From: Polyangia bacterium
Lineage (GTDB): Bacteria; Myxococcota_A; Polyangia; Polyangiales; JAUICN01
Assembly: GCA_030427835.1 (NCBI GenBank)
Contig: JAUICN010000005.1
Coordinates: forward strand, 130,496 to 194,495
Length of the DNA stretch: 64,000 nucleotides
Direction: 5' to 3'
Part shown: positions 9,575 through 17,561 of the stretch, one piece after another
How positions within the stretch are numbered: position 1 is the stretch's first letter
Layout: each line of letters begins with the position of its first letter
Notes under the pieces: generated by a model
Database searches by the model: none
Told to the model about the DNA's origin: nothing
The model's input: only the letters and a program-made list of their open reading frames with translations
Made by a program: the position numbers and the translations under genes

Positions 9575-10701
9575 CAGAGGGGGCGCCTGGCACACCGCGC
9601 GTGATTGTGTGCACCGGTGGAGGGGGCGTGGGCAAGACCACAACCTCGTGCGCGCTTGCCATGGCGCTTGCACAACAGGGGCATCGCACGCTGGTGGTTT
9701 CGGTGGATCCCGCACGGCGGCTGGCGCAGGCGTTGGGCATCGAGGTGAGTTCCCGCCCCCAGCAGGTGCCGCTACCTTCGGGAACGGACGGTAGGGAAGG
9801 TACACTGGTGGCCCTGATGCCCGAGCCCCGGGAAGCGGCTTCGGTGTTTGTGGACATGTTGTTTGAAGAGGACGAAGAAGCAAAGCGGAGGGTGCTGGAC
9901 AACCGCTTCTACCAAACCCTTTCCAATGCCCTGGCAGGGATCCACGAGATGGTTTCCCTGATGATGTTGGCCCATGAGGTGAGGGGCGGCCGCTACGATT
10001 GCGTGGTGCTGGATACGGCGCCCTCTAGAAACGCGGTGGACTTGCTGACTTACCCGGGCCGGCTGGCGACGCTTGTGGAAGGCCGGGCATTGCAGTGGTT
10101 TGCTAGCCTGGGGTTCGGCGGCGGTGGGTCTGGAAGGACCGGAACAAAAAAGCGGCCCGGGTGGTTGGCGCTTGGACGCAAGACCGTGGAGGCGGCGGTG
10201 GGTCGCTTGCTCGATCCGGCGACACTGGACTCCATGGCGGAACTTTTTGCTGAATTGTTTGGTGTGCGAGAACGGTTTGTGGACCTGGCGAGCCGCTGTC
10301 AGGCGTTGGTTCTCGGCCCGACGTCAGAACATTGGGTAGTCACCGCGCCTACGGGCTCGGCGGTTTCTGACGCGGAGTACCTGGGCCGAAAGTTGCGGGC
10401 CATGGGAGTGGAAGTGCATACGATCGTCCTGAACCGTGCCGACGTGCGCCTGCCTGAGTGGATCACTACGTTGCGCGCTGCGGAAACCCACATGCCTGAA
10501 TCCCTGGGCCCGTGGCTTACGTTGGCGGAGCAGGAGGCTCAGCATCGCGTTGTTGCGGGGGACCGCGCCGCTAACCAATTGTCGTCTTCGGTACCTGGGG
10601 CCCGGCCAGTCCGCTTGCCTGCGGTGCAGGATCCCGACCCAACGGCGGTCGTTCGGGCGCTTTCCAGGGAACTCGGTGTCTTTGTTTCTCTGCAGCAATA
10701 G
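9571..10701 (+). CDS. ArsA/Get3-like P-loop ATPase, second of a pair
   Basis: VCTGGGGVGKTTTSCALAMALA...VSVDPARRLAQALG. The likely start, GTG 9571, overlaps the upstream stop (GTGA). The ORF-track start at 9523 would overlap the upstream gene by 52 nt. Confidence 0.75.
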   Translation: MTEGAPGTPRVIVCTGGGGVGKTTTSCALAMALAQQGHRTLVVSVDPARRLAQALGIEVSSRPQQVPLPSGTDGREGTLVALMPEPREAASVFVDMLFEEDEEAKRRVLDNRFYQTLSNALAGIHEMVSLMMLAHEVRGGRYDCVVLDTAPSRNAVDLLTYPGRLATLVEGRALQWFASLGFGGGGSGRTGTKKRPGWLALGRKTVEAAVGRLLDPATLDSMAELFAELFGVRERFVDLASRCQALVLGPTSEHWVVTAPTGSAVSDAEYLGRKLRAMGVEVHTIVLNRADVRLPEWITTLRAAETHMPESLGPWLTLAEQEAQHRVVAGDRAANQLSSSVPGARPVRLPAVQDPDPTAVVRALSRELGVFVSLQQ

Positions 10702-10735
10702 AGTGTTCTAGGGAACTCAAGGGCGGATTCATTCA

Positions 10736-10752
10736 TGGGTACGCTTCTTGCT
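10736..10752 (+). promoter_or_regulatory. Sigma-54-type -24/-12 promoter-like element (tGGGTACG-cttc-TTGCT)
   Basis: GG at 10738-39 and GC at 10750-51 are separated by exactly 10 nt. The element lies 21 nt upstream of the ATG at 10773. Confidence 0.45.
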
Positions 10753-10772
10753 GCGGGGGCTCACAGCTCCCC

Positions 10773-12194
10773 ATGCAACCTTACTTCAAGCTTTCAACGT
10801 CCCCCATTCTCCCGCTGCTGAGCACACTTTGTGTGGTGGGTGGGTGTTCTTTCGGCTCTGGGAACCCGCCTCGCGGTCAAAAGGGCAACCGTGGTACGAA
10901 CACCACGGAAGCCGCGAGCTATGAAGTCAAGTGGGCGGCTGTCCCTGCGTCGGAGTCCTACGGCCAGCCTCGCTTAGTGGTACGTGCGGGAATTCACAAG
11001 GAGGGTGGAGGGTTTCTCCCAGAGGAGGAGCGCAGCAGAGTTCAGGAACTGGGCCTATGGAGCTCGTTTGGTCCCGGTGGGGACGTGTACTTGCTCGATA
11101 CGCGAGTCATGCGAGCGGATCCGCGCTCAACATCTCCGGTAAGTTTGGCCCAGGTGCTGCAAGGGCACGCAACAAAAGCACAGACCCCTGAAGAATACGA
11201 ATGGAACGTACGCCGTGTGGATGTGGTGCAACTTCCATTGCAACGTCGTCACCGGATCCGACCAGAACCCGTAAGATTCTTTGTGGGGCCCCTCACGGGC
11301 ACCCGATCCAACTCCGATCTCATGGGAATGGACCCCGCGCCTGCACAACTGGGCACCGTCACGATTCCGATTCGGGACCAGGAGCTGCAGCGGATTTGGG
11401 TGTTTCTGGAACGAGCTTCCCACGCGTACCAAACTGCGCCCTGGCATACCCGTGTGGCCACACCTGGCGTGTTTCCCGAACGTGTTCCACTGGAGGCCCA
11501 ACAGGAGTTCGCCGAGCGCATTCTTCAGAGCATCCTGGAACTCATTCCACCGCCTACAAAAATCAAGGACGGCATCATGGAAGTCCTGGAGGAAGCCAAA
11601 GAGTTATTTGAGGCCCATGGCCGCACGGATTCCTTTGACCCATGGGTTACCCGCATTCATGAGTACGCATCGCTTCCGGATCAGGGCGTGGGGCGTGTCT
11701 GCCTGGAACACGTGCTTGAACTTGAACTGCTGTACGGAAAGATCGCCGCGCTGGTCTTGGACGGCGGTACGTACCGGCATTTTGAGAATGACCTTCGTAC
11801 CATGCTTGGGGGCGCCATGGTGGGGCGCATCGTGTCCCTCTCCATCATGGTGGGCTACGATCCGAGACTGCCCTACTACACACAGCGGGCATGGGCTTCT
11901 ATTCCCAACCAGTTTCATTTTGAGTGTATTCGCGACCCAGGGAGTTCCCAAGCGATGGGGTCGCGAACACGAAAAGAAATCACGGCCCATTTGAAATGGT
12001 TCGAACAACAAAACTCGGGCGTGGTCTACCACCCAGCTGTGGAGCAAATTCAACTTGAGGGTTTCCTAATGGAGATTCTCGATGCCTATTTTGAGTTTCG
12101 CCGCGACAACGGGGACTACGAGACCCTGCTGGATCGTTTGGAGAAGATGTGGAATCCGACCACCGACAACCCTGACTTGGGTCAGGAGGAATAG
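10773..12194 (+). CDS. Hypothetical lipoprotein, paralog 1 of a tandem pair (family C)
   Basis: Signal peptide with lipobox LCVVGGC. Shares ASYEVKWAAVPASESYGQPRLVV and other blocks with the next gene. Confidence 0.7.
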   Translation: MQPYFKLSTSPILPLLSTLCVVGGCSFGSGNPPRGQKGNRGTNTTEAASYEVKWAAVPASESYGQPRLVVRAGIHKEGGGFLPEEERSRVQELGLWSSFGPGGDVYLLDTRVMRADPRSTSPVSLAQVLQGHATKAQTPEEYEWNVRRVDVVQLPLQRRHRIRPEPVRFFVGPLTGTRSNSDLMGMDPAPAQLGTVTIPIRDQELQRIWVFLERASHAYQTAPWHTRVATPGVFPERVPLEAQQEFAERILQSILELIPPPTKIKDGIMEVLEEAKELFEAHGRTDSFDPWVTRIHEYASLPDQGVGRVCLEHVLELELLYGKIAALVLDGGTYRHFENDLRTMLGGAMVGRIVSLSIMVGYDPRLPYYTQRAWASIPNQFHFECIRDPGSSQAMGSRTRKEITAHLKWFEQQNSGVVYHPAVEQIQLEGFLMEILDAYFEFRRDNGDYETLLDRLEKMWNPTTDNPDLGQEE

Positions 12195-12200
12195 GTCGCT

Positions 12201-13745
12201 GTGAACTCCTCGACTGCAATCCCCCTAGGTGGTTGGCTTTTCCTTGGCCTTGCCAGTTGTGCTGTTGGCTGTGTTGCCCGTTCTTCTGCGCCTGCAACCG
12301 CAAAGACGCCATTTGAAACAGCGTCATCAGAAACCGCACCCTACGAAGTGAAGTGGTCGGTGGTGCCGTTTGAGGAGTCTTACAATCAACCACGGCTGTT
12401 TGTGGTGCCGACGATCGAATCCTACGGCGGGGATATCGAACGTCACCAGGCGCGAGGGTTCTGGCATCGCCACGGGCTTGTGGGCACCATGGCGACCTAC
12501 CTGGGTCCCGAGGAAACGGGCATCTCCACACCTGGCGCGAACGAACCCGGTTTTTATCGGGTGCAGCTACAGCACAACAGGTTGGACACCCCTGAGCCGG
12601 GCCAGACCGCAAAAGAGTTGAGTGAAGTGGCTGGCAAACAGGCCACTTTGAATGCCACCGCGGATGCGGTGCCACTGCCGCTTCAGCGGTGGTACCAGGC
12701 GGGGTATCCTGCGGTTCGCTTTCTCGCCACCTCCGTCTGGGGTGGCCCCAGTGCGGCGACCCACTTCTCGCCCAGGGAACCGAGTCCAGTACAATTGGGC
12801 ACCCTACGCCTGTGTCCTACTCCCGACGGTTGTGAAGATGTTTGGGTGTTTGCGGAACGGGTGACCCCCATCTACCTGACCCACGCTCGCCACCTATCGC
12901 CGATGCTTGCTCCAGGGTCAGTACCTGCTGAGCATGTTGCAGCTGTGAATCCTGCCACAGGCAGTATCCGCGACGTGGAACAAGCAGGGATCCGGTACGC
13001 GCAACAGGTGCTGAGTTCGATGGCACGGGCAATCCAAGTGCAAGGCGATGGAACTCGTGATGACTCCCCGGGAGGCCGCCTATTGACACGACTTTCGCAG
13101 ATCGCTGAAGCCACCGAGGTTTGGAACCGGCGCAACATTTTTGGTGGCTGGGGAAGTGCCCGCCGATTGGACGTGCGCAATCTTCGACCGGAAGTACTTG
13201 CACTCGACGCACCCGGCATGAAAAGGTGCCAAGCCCATGCCCTGGAACTCGTGATGCTTTTTCACCAGGTCACGGAGTTCGTGCTGGGGGGGTCGGTTGA
13301 GTTGCGCGATGCGCTGACCACACGGCTGGGAGAAGACGTGGCGCACCGCTTGCTCATTCTTCTGTTGAATGGCCAGGGCCTCAAACTCGCCAACGATTCT
13401 AGCGCCACCCTCAAGGACTATTTGTATTCGGTGAGCAATTCGATCCCCTGGGAGTTTGATCAGAAGTGCAAAAACATGGGTGGCATGGGCGACCCGATAC
13501 ATTCGGATCTATTGGAGAAAGCCCTCGAGGAGCTGCGAATACGGGCGACTGTGTACCGTTCCATCCTGAGCCACGCTTCGGTCCGAAACGCCCGGGCCAT
13601 GACATTGATGGAGGATATCTTTCTGCTCTATCTAGAGGGTTGGAATGCCTGGTACGGAGGAAACCACGGAGGCTCCGGCGAGATGGCTACGGCGCTGGAC
13701 ATCCTGGAGGCACACTGGGGTGTCTCACCGCCTTTTGATGGATAG
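12201..13745 (+). CDS. Hypothetical lipoprotein, paralog 2 of a tandem pair (family C)
   Basis: GTG start 6 nt after the upstream stop, with AGGAGGA 12 nt upstream. Lipobox GLASC. APYEVKWSVVPFEESYNQPRLFVV is paralogous to 10773-12194. Confidence 0.7.
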   Translation: MNSSTAIPLGGWLFLGLASCAVGCVARSSAPATAKTPFETASSETAPYEVKWSVVPFEESYNQPRLFVVPTIESYGGDIERHQARGFWHRHGLVGTMATYLGPEETGISTPGANEPGFYRVQLQHNRLDTPEPGQTAKELSEVAGKQATLNATADAVPLPLQRWYQAGYPAVRFLATSVWGGPSAATHFSPREPSPVQLGTLRLCPTPDGCEDVWVFAERVTPIYLTHARHLSPMLAPGSVPAEHVAAVNPATGSIRDVEQAGIRYAQQVLSSMARAIQVQGDGTRDDSPGGRLLTRLSQIAEATEVWNRRNIFGGWGSARRLDVRNLRPEVLALDAPGMKRCQAHALELVMLFHQVTEFVLGGSVELRDALTTRLGEDVAHRLLILLLNGQGLKLANDSSATLKDYLYSVSNSIPWEFDQKCKNMGGMGDPIHSDLLEKALEELRIRATVYRSILSHASVRNARAMTLMEDIFLLYLEGWNAWYGGNHGGSGEMATALDILEAHWGVSPPFDG

Positions 13746-13968
13746 ACCTTACGGCACGCAGCTTGCTGTGGGTGCGCAGGTATGGATCTTGTGACGACGG
13801 CGAGTTGGACACGTTTTGGATGCACCGCAGTCTTGGCAGGCCTGTTCTCGCTGGGGTGCACGACTGGCCCGGGGTCCTGAAGACTACCGAGGATCTATTT
13901 AGGGACGTGATGGAAGCCCACATCGCCACCCTTGGGGGGTGAGGACGATGAATCCCAACGGCCGCGGC

Positions 13969-14008
13969 ATTATTCTGCACATTCTACCGCGCAGATAATA
14001 TGCAGAAT
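13969..14008. promoter_or_regulatory. AT-rich inverted-repeat operator-like site (ATTATTCTGC ... GCAGATAAT a TGCAGAAT)
   Basis: Half-site ATTAT(T)CTGC occurs in both orientations. Both arms recur at 42745-42766, upstream of dnaK. Confidence 0.4.
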
Positions 14009-14062
14009 GAGTGGATGGGAGCAGGGCTTGCCTTTGGGGGCCGGGGCGGCGATGATTCGGCC

Positions 14063-16540
14063 ATGCATACTTCTTGGCGGCTTTTTGTGGGTGCAGTGGT
14101 TCTTTTTCCCCTGTCAGGGGCCTGTGATTTTGGGCTGGGGGCCTCGGGTCTTGGCGCGGGCAAGGGGGTGGCGGAGGCCTGCTCCAGCTCGGGCGACTGC
14201 CGTGAGGGGTTGAGCTGCGACTCGGCTACCAAGACATGCCAACCCACGGGGAGCACCGCGGCTGGGGGCAGTTGTACGCTCACCGCCGAATGCGCCGATG
14301 GACTCTACTGCGCTACGGAACGCACCTGTGCGACCGCGGGAGACAACGCCGAAGGCTCCTCCTGTGACAGCACCGGGGATTGCGAAGCGGGGCTTGTGTG
14401 CATGGTGGAGGGCTTTGGTTCGGTGTGCCGTGCGGGCGGGGACAGCGACCTGGGTGTGATGTGCACCGGCACCCTGGATTGCTTTGCGGGGCTTACCTGT
14501 TCTGCGCTCACTTCGTTGTGTGCCGAGCCAGACGCCACCAGCGGCACCACCACCCTCCCCGGCTTTTGGTCTGGAGAAACCTGTGGCGACGAGGACGAAC
14601 ACGCCGTGGCCTACTTCCGTGTTCCCGGAGCCCACGACGGGGACGACGAAGGGGACGGAGACAAGGATTTCTACCGCCTGCCCTTCCCCAACGACGTACG
14701 CAGAACCTCTACCGGCTTGAACATGTCAGGGCACCCCACTCCGGGCACGGTTCTCCCTGTGGATGTGATTGGCCGTTACGTGGAAGCCAGCGAAGAGGAT
14801 CTGGATGGCTTTGCCACCAACCCCGTGGTGCTGTTCCGTTTCTCCAAGCCCTACGACTGGGGCACCATTAGCGGCAACGTGCAGCTCGTGAACATCACGG
14901 CGGCGTCCTCCCAGTACAACCAGAGCTCCGGCGCCTCTTGGCTCACCACCGCAGGCTCCCTTTCTAAATACGTTTGTGAGGATTGGTTGGCGGTGCGCAC
15001 CCCCCACGGTTCACCCCTGTTGCCCGCCACCACCTACGCCTTGGTGCTTTCCAATGGCATCACACCGGAGGACGGCGGCACCTTTGCGCGGGACAGCGAC
15101 TTGACCGCCCTGCTCGATGGCACAGCCCCAAGCAACAGCCAACTGCAGGACGGTTGGAACGCCTACGCACCGCTTCGTACCTGGATTTCAGACCAAGGCG
15201 TCGACGCGGCCACCATCCTGAACGCCACGGTGTTCACCACCCAGGATCCCGAGGCACCCATCCAGGGTTTGCGGGATGCGGTGCACGCCCAGGCCATGCC
15301 CACGGTAAGCAACCTCACCCTTTGCGACGGCGTGAATACATCGCCCTGCGATGACGGAGACCAACGTGCCTGTGGATCCGTGCAAAGCGAGTACCACGAA
15401 ATCCACGGCAAGATTTCCCTTCCGATTTTCCAACAGGGTACAGCCCCCTACCTGAACCCTGAGGACGGCGGTGGTTTTGTGTTCAACACCATGGGCGTGC
15501 CCCAGGTGCAGCGTACGGAAGAGGTGTGCTTTGCGCTCACGGTTCCCAAGGCGGGCACCATGCCAAGCGCGGGTTACCCTGTGATGCTGCACGCCCACGG
15601 TACGGGAGGAAGTATGCGCAGCGGAATCAACGCGGGTCTTGCTCGCGAAATGGCTTCTGGGACGGTCGGGAGCACCACCGTGCAGGCCGTCACCATCGGT
15701 ATTGACCTACCACAACACGGGTCGCGCCGTGGCGACAGTACCGAGGATGCTTCTGTGTTGTTCTACAACTTTGCAAACCCCAGGGCCGCACGGGACAACG
15801 TGGCCCAGGGCACAGCCGACCTGATGTCTGTCATTCGTTGGGCCGGCCAGTTGAGTTTGACGGCCATGGAATCCCCCACGGGTTCGGCCATCGACCTGGA
15901 TGGAGACCATATGGTCATGTTTGCCCATTCCCAGGGCGCCACCCACGCCTCGCTCCTACTGCCGGAGGAGGACGGGCTCCAGGGCATTGTGCTCAGCGGC
16001 AATGGCGGTGACCTCACCGAGTCCCTGCTCAACAAAACCGAACCCGTAAACATTGCCGGAGTATTGCCCTTTGCCCTGCTGGATGTGGCAAGCGACGGTA
16101 GCCTTGTGGCCAAGAACTTCCACCCGGCATTGGCGCTGTTCCAGAGCTACTTTGAGCGCGTGGATCCCGTGAACGTGGCCCGGCGGTTGAACCGTTCCCC
16201 CCTTTCCACCTGGCCGGGCATGCACGTGTTGATGACCTACGGCCCGGGCGACTCCTACTCGCCGGACGCCACCATGGAGGCCTACGCGAAGGCTGCGCGC
16301 TTTGATCTTGTGCGCCCACTTAAGACGGACAATTTTGGTCTCAACGAAGTGGACGGGCCATTGAGTCTCAACGAAACCATCATGGGCACCCCGTTCACCC
16401 AGGGGATTCGCCAGTACGAGCCCGACGATGCTTCCGTGGATGGCCATTTTGTGTCCACTCGCAGCACCGATGGCCTGGCCGACGTGCTGCGCTTCATGCG
16501 GCAAATCCTTGCAAGCATCGACCCCACGATCGGTTCCTAG
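14063..16540 (+). CDS. Secreted protein: four N-terminal Cys-rich repeats plus a C-terminal alpha/beta-hydrolase (esterase/lipase-like) domain
   Basis: Signal peptide MHTSWRLFVGAVVLFPLSGAC, giving ATG 14063; the ORF track uses ATG 14000. Repeats C-x3-[DE]C-x2-GL-x-C x4 at 14180-14521. Hydrolase motifs LHAHGTGGS (oxyanion HG) and FAHSQGA (nucleophile elbow). Confidence 0.7.
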   Translation: MHTSWRLFVGAVVLFPLSGACDFGLGASGLGAGKGVAEACSSSGDCREGLSCDSATKTCQPTGSTAAGGSCTLTAECADGLYCATERTCATAGDNAEGSSCDSTGDCEAGLVCMVEGFGSVCRAGGDSDLGVMCTGTLDCFAGLTCSALTSLCAEPDATSGTTTLPGFWSGETCGDEDEHAVAYFRVPGAHDGDDEGDGDKDFYRLPFPNDVRRTSTGLNMSGHPTPGTVLPVDVIGRYVEASEEDLDGFATNPVVLFRFSKPYDWGTISGNVQLVNITAASSQYNQSSGASWLTTAGSLSKYVCEDWLAVRTPHGSPLLPATTYALVLSNGITPEDGGTFARDSDLTALLDGTAPSNSQLQDGWNAYAPLRTWISDQGVDAATILNATVFTTQDPEAPIQGLRDAVHAQAMPTVSNLTLCDGVNTSPCDDGDQRACGSVQSEYHEIHGKISLPIFQQGTAPYLNPEDGGGFVFNTMGVPQVQRTEEVCFALTVPKAGTMPSAGYPVMLHAHGTGGSMRSGINAGLAREMASGTVGSTTVQAVTIGIDLPQHGSRRGDSTEDASVLFYNFANPRAARDNVAQGTADLMSVIRWAGQLSLTAMESPTGSAIDLDGDHMVMFAHSQGATHASLLLPEEDGLQGIVLSGNGGDLTESLLNKTEPVNIAGVLPFALLDVASDGSLVAKNFHPALALFQSYFERVDPVNVARRLNRSPLSTWPGMHVLMTYGPGDSYSPDATMEAYAKAARFDLVRPLKTDNFGLNEVDGPLSLNETIMGTPFTQGIRQYEPDDASVDGHFVSTRSTDGLADVLRFMRQILASIDPTIGS

Positions 16541-16541
16541 T

Positions 16542-17468
16542 GTGGGAGATGTCTTGGAAGGTACGCTCTCGGCCTACGACTTCGACGAAGATGCGTTTCA
16601 GGCGCTGCTCGACGTGATCATCGAGGCGGGGGATGGTGCCCTGGAACTTTCCCGGGAGGGAAAACTGGCAACGGTTCGCAAGGGCGACGAGAGCCCGGTC
16701 ACGGTCGCAGACCGGCAGGTGGAGGCCGCCATTCGTGCCTGCATTGAAACCCATTTCCCCGGCGTGGGTTTTCTCGGGGAGGAATCCGGCACCCGCGACG
16801 CTGACAACCGGGTGCGTTTTGTGGTGGACCCCATCGACGGCACGCGCGCGTTTGTGCGCGGCATGACCAGTTGGTCCGTACTGGTGTCCATGGAAGAGGA
16901 CCAGGTTCCAGTGTGGGTGGTGGCGTACATGCCGGCATTGGACGAGGTGTACATGGCTCAGAAGGGCCAGGGCGCACAGATGCAACACACGGTGACGGGC
17001 AAACAACAGGTGCTGCAAGTCAGCCAGGTGGATTGCTTGCCCAGCTGTGCGGTAAGCCATGGGGCCCTGGCCCAGTTCACCGACGCGGGCCTGGGGAACG
17101 TGCTTCTTTCGCTTGCCGAGCACACGGATACCCAGCGGGGCTTTGGCGACTTTGATGGCTACCGAAACCTGCTGCTGGGAAGGGTGGACGCCGTGGTGGA
17201 TCCCGGGGTGAAACGCTGGGATGTGTCGGCCGCGGCGCTGTTGGTGACCGAGGCCGGTGGTCAGGTCAGCACCTTTCGAAAGCAGAGCGCCCAGTTGGGG
17301 AGCCCGCCGTTGGAAAGCTCGCAATTGGAAAGCTCGCGGTGGAACCACGCGTGCGATCTCTCCTTGCTGGACGGCACGGCAGGTGGGCCCCACGATCTCG
17401 CCTATGGACTGATCGCCAGCAATGGCACCCCGATTCACGGGAAAATCCAGGGGCTTATCGGTCGCTAG
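16542..17468 (+). CDS. Inositol monophosphatase family protein
   Basis: FLGEESG, VVDPIDGTRAFVRG and WDVSAAALLVTEAGG motifs. The GTG at 16542 lies 1 nt after the upstream stop. The ORF-track start at 16428 overlaps the upstream gene. Confidence 0.8.
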   Translation: MGDVLEGTLSAYDFDEDAFQALLDVIIEAGDGALELSREGKLATVRKGDESPVTVADRQVEAAIRACIETHFPGVGFLGEESGTRDADNRVRFVVDPIDGTRAFVRGMTSWSVLVSMEEDQVPVWVVAYMPALDEVYMAQKGQGAQMQHTVTGKQQVLQVSQVDCLPSCAVSHGALAQFTDAGLGNVLLSLAEHTDTQRGFGDFDGYRNLLLGRVDAVVDPGVKRWDVSAAALLVTEAGGQVSTFRKQSAQLGSPPLESSQLESSRWNHACDLSLLDGTAGGPHDLAYGLIASNGTPIHGKIQGLIGR

Positions 17469-17561
17469 CCCCGGATTCGGCTTGCGTGTTTCCCCATTGC
17501 CGACGATGGTTAGCGGGTTTGCGGCGCTCGATGTGAAGGGCGACGCCAGGAGGAAGCAAGG

